A stretch of DNA of 64,000 bases from Acidimicrobiia bacterium (GCA_040878325.1 JBBDMM010000010.1:186001-250000), one strand, 5' to 3'; positions 28,087 through 38,131 are shown, numbered from the stretch's first letter. A program made the numbers and translations. The notes: generated from the letters alone by a model not told the origin.

Positions 28087-29400
28087 ATGACGCAGCCCAC
28101 CCCGCCTCCGCTTCCGTCGCCCTCGCGCGTCCCGGTGCCCCCACCGCCGCCGCGCACTTGGGTGAAGAAGGCGATCGTCACCTTCCTCATCGTCGCCAAT
28201 CTGATCGTCTTCGGGGTGCTCGGGGCGGTGTGGCTGGCGGCGCGCAAGGTCTCGGGGGCGGTCTCGACCATCCCGGCCACCGATCTCAGCCTGCCCGATC
28301 GTCCCGGCCAAGTGGGCGATCCCCGGACCTTTCTCCTCATCGGGTCGGACAGCCGGGCGAACCTCGACGACCTGACCAACTTCGGCAACTTTGGCGGCCA
28401 GCGCGCCGACGTGATCATCCTGATCAGGGTCGATCCCGGCACGGACTCGGTGCAGATGCTCTCGTTGCCCCGGGATCTCAAGATCGTCCACAACGGCGTC
28501 ACCACGAAGATCAACGCCACCTTCACCAACGGCCCATCCGGCATCGTCGAGGCGGTGAGGAACTTCACCGGATCCCCCATCCACCACTACCTCCAGGTGG
28601 AGTTCTCAGGATTCGCCGGCATCGTGGACGCCATCGGCGGGATCGAGATGACCTTCCCCTACCCGGCCCGGGACATTCGGTCGGGCTTCGAGGCCGATGC
28701 CGGCAAGCAGGTACTAGACGGGCGAAACGCCCTCGCCTTTGCCCGTAGCCGTAACTATCAAGAGTTTCGCGACGGCTCGTGGGTCTCGGTCGCCGGCAAT
28801 GACATCAACCGGACCCGGCGGCAGCAGGATGTGCTGATGGCGATCCTCACCCAGATCGACCGTCCTTCTTCGATCGGCGGCTTCAACGACTTGCTCGATG
28901 CGCTCGGCAGGTTCGTGGTGACCGACGAGGGCTTCAACGAGGAAGAGATCATCGAGCTCGCCTGGACGATGCGCAATGTCGGGTCGGAGGATCTCGATGC
29001 GATGACCCTGCCGGTGCGAATCAGCACCGAGGGGGGGACCTCCTATGTCATCCCGGTGGAGCCCGACTCCAGTGCGGCAATCGCCGCCTTCCTCGCCGGA
29101 CAACGGATGAGCCCGGAGCCGGGCCTCGCCGCGGCGATCCAGGTGCAGAACGGGAACGGTCGCGAAGGTTCAGCGAGCCAGGTGGCGGAGGTGCTCGGCG
29201 GCGGCGGCTTCAACGTGGTCGACACCACGGACGCGGGTCGGGCCGACTTCGCGGTCACCCAGGTGGTGGCCCGTCCCAACTTCCTTCACATCGCCGAGGA
29301 GATCGTGGACTTCCTCGGCTACGGCGAGGCGGTGGTCGGCGGTATCCGCGACGGCGTGGACATCGTGGTTATCGTCGGGCTCGATGCCCCCTCCGCCTGA
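28087..29400 (+). CDS. LCP (LytR-CpsA-Psr) protein with LytR C-terminal domain
   Basis: LLIGSDSR, RADVII, SLPRD, KINA, FARSR, RTRRQQ; VQNGNGREG. Confidence 0.93.
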   Translation: MTQPTPPPLPSPSRVPVPPPPPRTWVKKAIVTFLIVANLIVFGVLGAVWLAARKVSGAVSTIPATDLSLPDRPGQVGDPRTFLLIGSDSRANLDDLTNFGNFGGQRADVIILIRVDPGTDSVQMLSLPRDLKIVHNGVTTKINATFTNGPSGIVEAVRNFTGSPIHHYLQVEFSGFAGIVDAIGGIEMTFPYPARDIRSGFEADAGKQVLDGRNALAFARSRNYQEFRDGSWVSVAGNDINRTRRQQDVLMAILTQIDRPSSIGGFNDLLDALGRFVVTDEGFNEEEIIELAWTMRNVGSEDLDAMTLPVRISTEGGTSYVIPVEPDSSAAIAAFLAGQRMSPEPGLAAAIQVQNGNGREGSASQVAEVLGGGGFNVVDTTDAGRADFAVTQVVARPNFLHIAEEIVDFLGYGEAVVGGIRDGVDIVVIVGLDAPSA

Positions 29401-29415
29401 ACAAACTTCCCCGCG

Positions 29416-30438
29416 ATGACCCCGAGGCAAGCCGTGCTCCTGGTGGGTGGCCGCGGTACTCGCATGTGGCCGTTGAGTGCCGAGGTACCTAAGGGTCTGC
29501 TTCCCCTCGCCGGGGTGCCCTTCGTCGATTACCAGATCGCCCGCCTGGCGGAAGTCGGGGTCGAAGAGGTGTTCCTCGCCGTCGACACCGAGCATCTCGC
29601 GGCCTGGCAGGCGTACGCCGCCGGCGTCGATTCGTTGGCGGTCCATCTCTCGGTCGAGGAAGAACGCCTCGATACTGCCGGGCCGGTGCGGGCGGTCCTC
29701 GACAGGCTCGACGGCCTGTTCTTCGTCCTCAACGGCGACGTCGTGGTGCAGGCGGACCTCGGTGAGCTGGTGGCGGCCGTCCCCGATACCGCGGCGGCGA
29801 CATTGGCCCTGGTCGAAGTGGTGGACACGAGCGCATACGGAGTGGTGGTCACGGATGCCGACGGCATGGTCGAACGATTCGTCGAGAAACCCCCTGCCGA
29901 GAATGCGCCGGCGAAGACCGTGAACGCCGGCATCTATTTGATGCGACCCGAGGCGCTGGACATCTACGAGCCGGGGTCACTTTCGTTCGAGCGGGTCGTG
30001 TTCCCCGACCTCGTCGCCGCCGGGCGGCTTGCCGGGGTCGTGGTAGACGCCGGCTGGATCGACATCGGTACTCCGTCGCTGTACCTCGACACCCATGCCG
30101 CGGTGCTGCTCGAGGCAGGGCACGCTCATGTGGCGCCTCCCGGCGTCGCCACCAGCGGCTCCTGGGCCTGGGTGGCCCCCGACGCCACGGTCGCGGAGGG
30201 CGCCGTGGTGGCGGAATCGGTCATCCTCGGCGGGGCGACGGTCGATGAAGGGGCGGTGGTCCGCCGGGCCGTCGTTGGTTGGGGGGCCCACGTCGGTTCG
30301 GGGGTGAGTGTCACCGGCGACAGCGTGGTGGGGCCACGGGCGACGATCCACTCGGGGTGCGAGCTGGATCACGGGATGAGGATCGGCCCTGACGTGGTAC
30401 TCACCGAACGGGCCGTGACATTCACGCCTCCGAAATGA
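29416..30438 (+). CDS. NDP-sugar synthase (mannose-1-phosphate guanylyltransferase-like)
   Basis: LVGGRGTRMWPL..PK, NGDV, FVEKP, NAGIY, WIDIGTP; C-terminal hexapeptide repeats. Confidence 0.9.
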   Translation: MTPRQAVLLVGGRGTRMWPLSAEVPKGLLPLAGVPFVDYQIARLAEVGVEEVFLAVDTEHLAAWQAYAAGVDSLAVHLSVEEERLDTAGPVRAVLDRLDGLFFVLNGDVVVQADLGELVAAVPDTAAATLALVEVVDTSAYGVVVTDADGMVERFVEKPPAENAPAKTVNAGIYLMRPEALDIYEPGSLSFERVVFPDLVAAGRLAGVVVDAGWIDIGTPSLYLDTHAAVLLEAGHAHVAPPGVATSGSWAWVAPDATVAEGAVVAESVILGGATVDEGAVVRRAVVGWGAHVGSGVSVTGDSVVGPRATIHSGCELDHGMRIGPDVVLTERAVTFTPPK

Positions 30439-30445
30439 GAGGGTC

Positions 30446-31390
30446 ATGACCAGGAAGGCAATCGTCACCGGCGGGGCCGGATTCATCGGCAGCCACCTCG
30501 TCGAACTGCTGGTCGACCGCGAATGGGAGGTGCTCGTCGTCGACGATCTGTCGTCGGGCCGCATCGACAACCTCGCCGACGCCCGGCGACGGGGCATTGC
30601 CAACATCCACGTGACTGGGATCGATGAGCCGGAGCTGGCCGACCTGGTGGCGCGGTTCGCCCCCGAGGTGATCTTCCATCTGGCCGCCCAGTCGAAGGTG
30701 CGACCGTCCGTCGACGATCCGCTCAACGACGCCCGGATCAATGTCCTGGGGACGGTGAACCTGCTCGAGGCCGCTCGCAAGGCCGGGGTCCGCAAGCTCT
30801 GCTTCGCCTCGACTGGCGGGGCGATCTACGGCGACGGGGTGAAGCTCCCCGCCAAGGAGACTTCGGCGAAGGCCCCCGAGTCGCCGTATGGCATCTCCAA
30901 GAAGGTGGTCGAGGATTACTTCCGCTGGTACTCGGAGATGTACGGGGTCGACTACACCCTGCTGGCGCTGGCCAACGTCTATGGACCCCGCCAGGACCCG
31001 GGCCTCGAAGGCGGGGTCACCGCCATCTTCTCGCTTGCGATGCTCGAGGGGCGTCGGCCGGTGATATTCGGCAACGGCACCCAGACCCGCGACTTCGTCT
31101 ACGTCGAAGACGTGTGCGACGCCTTCCATCGCGCCGCCGACACCGCCGGTGGCCAGTTCATCAACATCGGCAGCGGGGTCGAGACCTCGGTGCTCACCCT
31201 CTACGAGGTGCTCGCCGGGATCACCGGCTATCCAACCAAACCCGAGTTCGCGCCCGCCAAGCCCGGCGAAATCCAGCGATCGGTACTCGACGCGTCGCGC
31301 GCCAAGAAGGAACTCGGATGGGAGGCGTGGACTTCGCTCGAGGAGGGTCTGGCGAAGACAGTGGAGTGGTATCGGGGCAAGGGCGATTAG
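30446..31390 (+). CDS. galE: NAD-dependent epimerase (UDP-glucose 4-epimerase-like)
   Basis: TGGAGFIGSH, HLAAQ, STGGAIYG, YGISK, NVYGPRQ, TRDFVYV. Confidence 0.88.
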   Translation: MTRKAIVTGGAGFIGSHLVELLVDREWEVLVVDDLSSGRIDNLADARRRGIANIHVTGIDEPELADLVARFAPEVIFHLAAQSKVRPSVDDPLNDARINVLGTVNLLEAARKAGVRKLCFASTGGAIYGDGVKLPAKETSAKAPESPYGISKKVVEDYFRWYSEMYGVDYTLLALANVYGPRQDPGLEGGVTAIFSLAMLEGRRPVIFGNGTQTRDFVYVEDVCDAFHRAADTAGGQFINIGSGVETSVLTLYEVLAGITGYPTKPEFAPAKPGEIQRSVLDASRAKKELGWEAWTSLEEGLAKTVEWYRGKGD

Positions 31391-31497
31391 CGATTGGCGA
31401 TTGGCCAAGCGAATCGCAATGCGCAATGCGCGAACCGGGAAATGTCTCACGTGCTGGTTTGGTCGCGTCGCGCATTGCTCATTGCGCATTGCTCAAT
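31383..31497. repeat. Intergenic heptamer arrays (GCGATTG; GCAATGC with inverted GCATTGC)
   Basis: gcgatta-gcgattg-gcgattg ... gcaatgc-gcaatgc ... gcattgc-tcattgc-gcattgc. Confidence 0.85.
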
Positions 31498-31499
31498 CC

Positions 31500-32381
31500 T
31501 CATTCCTCTTCGAGAGTCCTCGGGAAGTCTTCCTTGAGCAGCCTCGATAGCGCTCGGTCGGCCAGCACTCGGCCTCCGGTTTGGCACTTGGCGCAGTAGT
31601 TGGTTTCGTTGGAGGCATAGACGATGCGCTGTACCGGCTTGCCGCACACCGGGCACGGCTGACCGAACTTGCCATGCACCGCCATCTCATCTCGGAAGGC
31701 GGTCACCTTCTCGGGGAAGCCGTCGCCGGCTTCGGCGCGGAGGCGGTCCACCCATTCGGAGAGCACCTCGGTGGTGGCGGTGTGGAGGCGGGCGATCTCC
31801 TCGTCGGTGAGGCGGTCGGTGCGTACTACCGGCGACACCTTCGCCCGGTGCATGATCTCGTCGGCGTAGGCACCGCCGATGCCGGAGAAGAGGTGGGCGT
31901 CGGTGAGCGACCGCTTAAGGGTGTGGCGCTCCCGTCCTAGCGCCTCGGTGAACTGGTCAAGAGTCGCCGCAAATGGCTCCACCCCGCCCCGGTCGTGCTC
32001 GGCAAGGGCAGGTTCGCCCCTCACGACATGGATGCTGGCGCGCTTCTTGGTGCCCTCCTCGGTGAGCAGGAAGGTGGCACTCTCGAAGTCGAAGGCGGCC
32101 AGCCCCCGCTTCTTGGGGATGGCCGCGCCGGGCTCCCGCATCCGCAGCCGTCCCGCCACCATCAGGTGGACGACGACGAACAGGTCGTCCTCCAACTCGA
32201 ACACCAGACGCTTGCCGATGCGCCTGAACCCAATGACCTTCTTCCCCTCGACTGCAGAAATCGGCGGGTCGTAGGTCCGCAACACCCAGGGGCTCCCCAG
32301 GCGGACCTTCTGCAGTGTCGACCCACCCACCAACGCTTCGAGCCGTTCGAGGTAGATCACGACATCGGGGAGCTCAGGCAT
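31500..32381 (-). CDS. Fpg/Nei-family DNA glycosylase
   Basis: N-terminal MPELPDV, RIGK, HLMVAGR, SGIG..YADE, C-terminal CPVC..CAKCQ zinc finger. Confidence 0.93.
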   Translation of the reverse strand: MPELPDVVIYLERLEALVGGSTLQKVRLGSPWVLRTYDPPISAVEGKKVIGFRRIGKRLVFELEDDLFVVVHLMVAGRLRMREPGAAIPKKRGLAAFDFESATFLLTEEGTKKRASIHVVRGEPALAEHDRGGVEPFAATLDQFTEALGRERHTLKRSLTDAHLFSGIGGAYADEIMHRAKVSPVVRTDRLTDEEIARLHTATTEVLSEWVDRLRAEAGDGFPEKVTAFRDEMAVHGKFGQPCPVCGKPVQRIVYASNETNYCAKCQTGGRVLADRALSRLLKEDFPRTLEEE

Positions 32382-32398
32382 TCGGGGAAAGTCAAGGG

Positions 32399-32522
32399 CT
32401 CGCTTCGCTCGCCCGCAATTCGCAATTCGCAATTCGCAATGCGACAGAGACCGCCAGCGCTCTCGAATCAGAGGTGAACGGTTCCTTCGTATCGCGAATC
32501 GCGTATCGCGTATCGCGTATCG
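32399..32522. repeat. Head motif plus heptamer arrays (CGCAATT)n and (CGTATCG)n
   Basis: CTCGCTTCGCTCG at 32399; cgcaatt x3 from 32414; cgtatcg-type x5 at 32488-32522. Confidence 0.9.
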
Positions 32523-32577
32523 AGCACGCCGGGGCCCTGTAAGCACAAACCCCCTCCTAACGCGTTATACCAACTGG

Positions 32578-33108
32578 ATGGAACGGGAAGGCCGGGGAGA
32601 CCATGAGTCGGATGATCGGCAGGTCGTCGGTCAGCCTGGGTCGTTTGACGACTTCTACCGGAGCGAGGTGCGATCGGTGTTGGCGGTGACGATGGGTCTG
32701 ACAAAACGCCGGGGCGAGGCCGAGGAGGTCACCCAGGAGGCGTTCTACCGCGCCTATCGCGACTGGGACCGGGTCGGTCTCATGGCACACCCGGGTGCCT
32801 GGACCCGCCGGGTCGCCCTCAACCTCGCCGTCGGCCGATGGCGCCGCCTCCGTTCTGAGGCCCGTGCCGTGCTGCGACTCGCTCCGGCGACCGAAACACC
32901 GGGGCCCTCCGATCCCGTGGCCGACCGCTTCTGGGATGAGGTGCGGGCACTGCCCGACCGGCAGGCCCAGGTGGTCGCCCTCACCTTCGTCGAGGATCTC
33001 GATGCCGATGGGATCGGCGAGATCCTCGGCATCAAGGCTTCGACCGTCCGGGTGCACCTGTCCCGCGCCCGGGCGACGCTGGCGACCCGCCTCGAGGTGG
33101 AGGAATGA
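32578..33108 (+). CDS. ECF sigma-70 factor
   Basis: FDDFYR, AEEVTQEAF, AWTRRVALN, LPDRQ, STVRVHLSRAR. Confidence 0.92.
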   Translation: MEREGRGDHESDDRQVVGQPGSFDDFYRSEVRSVLAVTMGLTKRRGEAEEVTQEAFYRAYRDWDRVGLMAHPGAWTRRVALNLAVGRWRRLRSEARAVLRLAPATETPGPSDPVADRFWDEVRALPDRQAQVVALTFVEDLDADGIGEILGIKASTVRVHLSRARATLATRLEVEE

Positions 33109-36100
33109 GTCTCGACGACCTTGCCCGCCAGGCAGCCGAACAGGCTCGGTCCGACGCGGCCACGGGCGGCCACCTCCATCCCGAGGCGTATCGGACCAGG
33201 CGGCAGCGGCGCACCCAACGGCGGGCACTCCTCTTCTCCGGCGCCTTTGTGGGAGCAGCACTGGTCGTGGCGATCCTGGTGTCGCCACCGGAGGAGGACG
33301 AACTGGCGGTCCCCACCACGACCATCCCTGGGGTCGCCACGACCCTTCCGTCGACGACGACCACTGTTACGACCACCGGTCCGGAGCCGTCGATCGGTCC
33401 ACCCCCGCTTGGCGTCGGCTGGGAGGAACTCGACCCCGGCCCGATCGCCGGGCGGTATCGGATGGCAGTCGCCTGGACCGACTACGGGTTGTTCGTGTTC
33501 GGGGGGCACGACAACTACAGGCAGGAAGACCCCTCGCCGGTCCTATACCACCAGAACGCCTACCTGTTCGATCCGGTCGATGGAGCGTGGCAGAGCCTGG
33601 CCGAGGTGCCTCAGGAGGTCTTCGAGATCGCCGAGCCGCGGGCGGTGGCGATGGAGAGCGACGTCTTCGTCTACGGCAGACCTCGGGCGCCCAACTCCGG
33701 GAGGGCGGCGATCTACGACCTCGAGGCCGATGCCTGGGTGCCGGTGGCGCCGGAGTTCGGTGACTCGCTGGGTCCCGGCGTGCAGGTGGTGTGGACCGGT
33801 GAGCTTCTGGTAGCAACCAACATCGCATTGGCGTACGACCCCGTCACGGGCACGACGCTCACGCATCTGGACGACGGGATGATGGCGACGCCCGCGGACG
33901 CGGACGCGGCCGTTCACAGCCCGCAGCGGGCGCATTGGAGCGGTTCTGAAATCCTGGTCGTCGGGTCAGGCCCGGTCTACGCCTGGGTACCCGGCGAGGA
34001 AGCGGAGTGGCGAACGCTGGCCCAACCACCGGTGCCTGATCGTGCCCGCGACAGCGTGTGGACCGACCAGGGGCTCCTTGTCGTCAACTACCAGGCGGCG
34101 GCCGCGGTGCTCGATCGGGACACCAGCGTCTGGTCGCGGCCGGGTGATCTCCCGTTGCGCTTCTACGAGTGCCTTCCTGAGGCCGTATCTGCCGGGGGGA
34201 CACCGGTGGTGCGGATGTGCTCGGGTATTGGGATCTGGGACGAGGTGCGGTCCTCGTGGATACCGGTGCCGCTCGACGGCGGGAACTCCGGGGAGCTGGT
34301 GGGTGCCGACGACGCGATCTACACGGTTGGAGGTGACACTTTCCGCCGGTTCGAGATCGAGCGCGCTGCCGACGGCTCGATCGAGCCGCCACCGACGGTG
34401 CCGATCGGCGTGGCGGAACTCGACATTCCTCCGGGATGGGAGTTGGTCTCCTCGTTTGCCCCGGATCAGTCGCCGGACGGCATCATCCCGGACGACGAGA
34501 CCATCGGGTTGGTCTTTCTCAGCCCTACCGCAACCTGCTCGGTGACTTCCACCTACGCCTCCGAGGGGTGGTCACCTGAGGGGTTCATCGAAGTCGGCCC
34601 TGGCATTATTGACAGTCCGGGTCGCCCGGTGCTCCCCGCTACCTACTACCGCGGCGCCGATCACGACGGATGGGCGGCGGCCGTTCCTACCAGCACCAGC
34701 GACGTGGTCTTCATCCACTGTCAGAAGGGGCCGGATCCGAGCCATTTCCCCGGCGCCGTATCCGATTTCCATCTCGGCCTGAGGTCGGCGCTCGTGGAAG
34801 ATGTGGAGATAGCGCCGCCGTCACCCGAGATCATCATCGGCACCGGGTGGGAGGAGATCGCGGGGAGCCCGGTGGCCGGAAGGATGCGGACCGCGGTGGT
34901 GTGGACTGGGTCCGAGATCTTCGTCTGGGGCGGCCACGACGGGTACTCGCAGGAGACCCCCAACTTCGCCAGGTTCCACCAGGACGCCTATCTGTTCGAT
35001 CCCACCACCGGGGTTTGGCGGATGGCATCCGATCCGCCCGACGGCCTCTGCCCGTTGACTGAGGCCACTGCCACGTGGATCGGCGATGCGGTGTTGCTGC
35101 GCGGCGCCGCCCTCGTCACCCCCAACTGCGTGAGCGGAGCCGCCACATACGACCCGGTGGCGGACTCCTGGACGGTCCTGGAGGGCGAGTTCTTCGACCG
35201 GGTGCCGTTCCGGGCCGAGGTGGTATGGATCGGGAGGTCGCTGGCAGCGCCGGTGTTCGGTCTCGCCTGGGTACCTGACGAAGATGGGGGCGAGACCATC
35301 GAGATTCCCATCGTCCCGGACGCGGGATCACAGGTCGGATCACCGAGCGTGTTCCACCAGTGGGGCGGGGAGCGGATCACCGCCATCGGAGCAGGCGACC
35401 TCTACTGGCTGGTCCCCGGAGCGGAAACCTGGGAGAGCGTTGCCTCACTCGGTATCGGCGAGGCGGGGCGCCTCAGCGTCCTGACCGAGCACGGCCTGTT
35501 CGTGGTCACCCGGGACGGTGAGGTGGCCCGGGTGGTGGACTTCGCTGACGTCCACCTCGGGGAGAACCTGCCGCTGCGTCTCTCCGAGTGCGACGCGTTC
35601 CTCGTCGCTGTCGGCGATCTGCCGGTGGCCCAGGTGGGCTGCTCCGGGATGGCGATCTGGGATCCGGTGCGGTCCCTTTGGGTACCGATCCCGATGGATG
35701 TACTCAGCGGCTGGTCTTGGCAACCGACGCTGATCGGCACCGACAACGCCATCTACTCGTTCGGCGAGAAGGTGCTTCGCTACCCGATCGAGCGGCTCGG
35801 CGACGGCAGCGTCGCCAACCCACCGACGATCCCGGTCGGCGTGATGCAACTGGACATCCCAACCGGGTTTTGGCTCCGCTCCACGGTGGGTCTGACGCAG
35901 ACTGAGTGGCCGGACGGGTCCTACGGCGAGGTGGTGGCCTTTGCGTTCGAAGCGCCCCGGGGCTCATGCCAGCTCTCGGCACGGTACGGCGGTCCCGAGA
36001 TCACGGTGGAAGCGAGCGTGGACGTGGATGGGACCGAGGTTCCGCTTCCGTGGTTCACCTTCAGGCGCCAGGAAGGCGAGTCCGACACATGGGTGATCGT

Positions 36101-36188
36101 GGTGGGCGACGGCGTCGACTCGATCTGGATCAATTGCGACTCGGAAGAAGACGCCCAACTGCTGATCGACGGGTTCTGGTTGCCGTGA
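33105..36188 (+). CDS. Putative membrane-anchored anti-sigma/sensor with two duplicated Kelch-like extracellular modules
   Basis: ATGA overlap with sigma gene; one TM near N-terminus; Thr-rich linker; WTG/FGG/YDP..W Kelch-like motifs present twice. Confidence 0.72.
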   Translation: MSLDDLARQAAEQARSDAATGGHLHPEAYRTRRQRRTQRRALLFSGAFVGAALVVAILVSPPEEDELAVPTTTIPGVATTLPSTTTTVTTTGPEPSIGPPPLGVGWEELDPGPIAGRYRMAVAWTDYGLFVFGGHDNYRQEDPSPVLYHQNAYLFDPVDGAWQSLAEVPQEVFEIAEPRAVAMESDVFVYGRPRAPNSGRAAIYDLEADAWVPVAPEFGDSLGPGVQVVWTGELLVATNIALAYDPVTGTTLTHLDDGMMATPADADAAVHSPQRAHWSGSEILVVGSGPVYAWVPGEEAEWRTLAQPPVPDRARDSVWTDQGLLVVNYQAAAAVLDRDTSVWSRPGDLPLRFYECLPEAVSAGGTPVVRMCSGIGIWDEVRSSWIPVPLDGGNSGELVGADDAIYTVGGDTFRRFEIERAADGSIEPPPTVPIGVAELDIPPGWELVSSFAPDQSPDGIIPDDETIGLVFLSPTATCSVTSTYASEGWSPEGFIEVGPGIIDSPGRPVLPATYYRGADHDGWAAAVPTSTSDVVFIHCQKGPDPSHFPGAVSDFHLGLRSALVEDVEIAPPSPEIIIGTGWEEIAGSPVAGRMRTAVVWTGSEIFVWGGHDGYSQETPNFARFHQDAYLFDPTTGVWRMASDPPDGLCPLTEATATWIGDAVLLRGAALVTPNCVSGAATYDPVADSWTVLEGEFFDRVPFRAEVVWIGRSLAAPVFGLAWVPDEDGGETIEIPIVPDAGSQVGSPSVFHQWGGERITAIGAGDLYWLVPGAETWESVASLGIGEAGRLSVLTEHGLFVVTRDGEVARVVDFADVHLGENLPLRLSECDAFLVAVGDLPVAQVGCSGMAIWDPVRSLWVPIPMDVLSGWSWQPTLIGTDNAIYSFGEKVLRYPIERLGDGSVANPPTIPVGVMQLDIPTGFWLRSTVGLTQTEWPDGSYGEVVAFAFEAPRGSCQLSARYGGPEITVEASVDVDGTEVPLPWFTFRRQEGESDTWVIVVGDGVDSIWINCDSEEDAQLLIDGFWLP

Positions 36189-36193
36189 GCGAA

Positions 36194-36447
36194 CGTCTTC
36201 CCCAGGTATTCCGGGGGGAGTGGCCCGAAGGGCCGAGGGGGGCAGCTGACCCTGCGGGCGGGGCTGGACCCGTCGTCTGACCGCACGCTGTCTCAGCTGC
36301 CCCCTCCCTCACCACCGAAGCGGCGGCGCCACCTCCCCTGGAAGCCGGAGGAGGACGGTGCTTCTTGCGTCTCCCCCCGGTATTCCGGGGGGAGTGGCCC
36401 GAAGGGCCGAGGGGGGCAGCTGACTCTGCGAGCAGGACTGGACCCGT
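36194..36447. repeat. REP/BIME-like cluster: two ~80-bp direct copies with an inverted variant between
   Basis: Copies 36194-36273 and 36368-36447 share ggtattccggggggagtggcccgaagggccgaggggggcagctgac; inverted partner 36293-36357. Confidence 0.88.
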
Positions 36448-36485
36448 GAGCGCATCTTCGGTTTGGGGGGGGGGGGGCCCCCGCC

Positions 36486-37190
36486 CTACAGAAACAGATC
36501 TTCCTCCGCCGACCTCACCAGGTCGCGCGCCCGCCCCTCTCCCGGTGAGAACTCCAGTCCCCTGAGCAGAGCCGCCGGCACCGAAGTCGCTTTGCCCATG
36601 ACCAGGTCGGCGGCGGCGGCGATTTCGTCGATTACGGCGATTTCGGTGACATGGAGTTCGCGGCCGTTGGCGTCGACGGTGCCTTTGAGGTCGAGGATGG
36701 CGTCCATGCCGGAGAGGCCGATCGCTACGTCGACCAGGCCTTTGCGCCAGGGGCGGCCGAAGGTGTCGCTGATGATGACTGCCAGGTCGACGCCGGTGGC
36801 GGCCTTGATCGCCATGCGGATGCCGTGGGCGGAGCGGTCGGGATCGTGGGGGAGGAGCACCGCGGTGCCGGGGGCGGCGTTGGAACGGTCGACGCCGGCG
36901 TTGGCGCAGATGAAGCCGTGCTTGGTGCGGGCGATGATGAGGTCGCCGCGGCGGCGGATGATGTCGACCGCCTCTCGCATCGCCAGCGCCCGGTAGGCGG
37001 GTTCCTCCTCGCCTTCGAGGTCCACTACGGCACCTTCTGCCTTCGAGACCGCCTTGTGGGTGACCACCAGCACATCGCCCGGCTCGGGTTCGAGGCCGGC
37101 GCGGCGGATGGCGTCGAGGAGCATGGTGGGGAGATCGTCCCCCTTGGTGACCTCAGGGATTCCGGGGAGGGGGGTGATGACGAGCGTCAT
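36486..37190 (-). CDS. cofE: Coenzyme F420-0:L-glutamate ligase
   Basis: GIPEV..GDDL, KAVSKAEG, ANAGVDRSN, DTFGRPWR, DEIAAAADL. Confidence 0.94.
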   Translation of the reverse strand: MTLVITPLPGIPEVTKGDDLPTMLLDAIRRAGLEPEPGDVLVVTHKAVSKAEGAVVDLEGEEEPAYRALAMREAVDIIRRRGDLIIARTKHGFICANAGVDRSNAAPGTAVLLPHDPDRSAHGIRMAIKAATGVDLAVIISDTFGRPWRKGLVDVAIGLSGMDAILDLKGTVDANGRELHVTEIAVIDEIAAAADLVMGKATSVPAALLRGLEFSPGEGRARDLVRSAEEDLFL

Positions 37191-38101
37191 AGGGCAAGTA
37201 CCTCGGCGGCGAAGCGGGCGGCGGCGTCCGGGTGGGCGATGCGAGTGTCCATGTGGTGAATCTTGACCTCTCCGGAGTCGACCTCCTCGTCGGCGTCGCC
37301 TTGGTCGACGATCAGATCGCTGAGCAGTGCTCGGTAGGCGGTGAGCACCCCGGCGGTGCCTGCGGGCAGGCCGAGGGAGGCCATCACCCGATCGGCGGGG
37401 CCCTTGAGCGCCTTTCCGCCGAACAGGGGGCTCACCGCCACCACCCGGGGGGCGGAGAGGACGGTGTCGTGGATCTCCCGGATCGCCAGGATCGGCCAGA
37501 TCGAGAGCGGGGGGTTGGAGGGGGCGATCACCACCAGGTCGGCCTCTTCGATCGCCTCGACCACTCCGGGAGCGGGTTTGGCGTGCTCGGCTCCTTCGAA
37601 ATCGACCTCGGCGACCTCGTCGCGATTGCCGCGCAGCACGAAGTACTCCTGGAAACCGCACCACTCCCCCTGGGCAGTGCGCACCTTGGTGCGCAGTTGA
37701 TCGTCGGTGGCCGGCAACACCCGGTGCCGCACGCCCAGCACTCGTGCCGTCCGATCGGTGATCGACGAGAGGGTCTCCCCCGAGTCGAGCGCCTGGGTGC
37801 GGGCGAGGCAGGTGGCTAGGTCGACATCGCCGAGCCGGAATGTGGTGTCGACTCCGAGCCGCTCCAGGGCCTCCATCACCGTGAAGGTGTCGTCTGCCCG
37901 GCCCCAACCGTGCGGTCCCTCGACCCCGGCCAGCGTGTAAACGACGGTGTCGAGATCGGCGGAGACATGCACTCCGTGAATCCGCTCGTCGTCGCCGACA
38001 TTCACGATCACGGTGAGTTCCTCGGGGGCAAGCACCGAGGCGAAGCCACGCGCCGCGCGCGCCCCGCCGACGCCGCCCGAGAGGAGGGTCACCCGGCTCA
38101 A
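37187..38101 (-). CDS. cofD: 2-phospho-L-lactate transferase
   Basis: LSGGVGGAR, NVGDD, DLDTVVY, FRLGD.D, FQEYFV, PSNP, KGPA; TTG 38101 with GGAGG. Confidence 0.94.
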   Translation of the reverse strand: MSRVTLLSGGVGGARAARGFASVLAPEELTVIVNVGDDERIHGVHVSADLDTVVYTLAGVEGPHGWGRADDTFTVMEALERLGVDTTFRLGDVDLATCLARTQALDSGETLSSITDRTARVLGVRHRVLPATDDQLRTKVRTAQGEWCGFQEYFVLRGNRDEVAEVDFEGAEHAKPAPGVVEAIEEADLVVIAPSNPPLSIWPILAIREIHDTVLSAPRVVAVSPLFGGKALKGPADRVMASLGLPAGTAGVLTAYRALLSDLIVDQGDADEEVDSGEVKIHHMDTRIAHPDAAARFAAEVLAL

Positions 38102-38131
38102 ATCCCTGCCTCCATAGAATGCGCCCCGGTC

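Noticed and set aside
32382..32546. N-terminal extension of the Fpg/Nei ORF (and similar extensions of ahcY, manB, sat, cofD, M24 peptidase)
   Set aside because: Fpg needs an N-terminal Pro after Met; the extensions translate repeats or promoter DNA, and better starts have RBS or -10 support
32538..32566. Autoregulatory ECF promoter (AAAC ... CGTT)
   Set aside because: Spacer of 12 nt is too short for a typical ECF promoter; cannot be supported without the group consensus
36465..36477. Poly-G tracts (13 G here, 16 G at 46632-46647) as phase-variation sites
   Set aside because: Both are intergenic and next to hairpin-rich repeats, one abuts an N gap; a sequencing or assembly artefact is at least as likely
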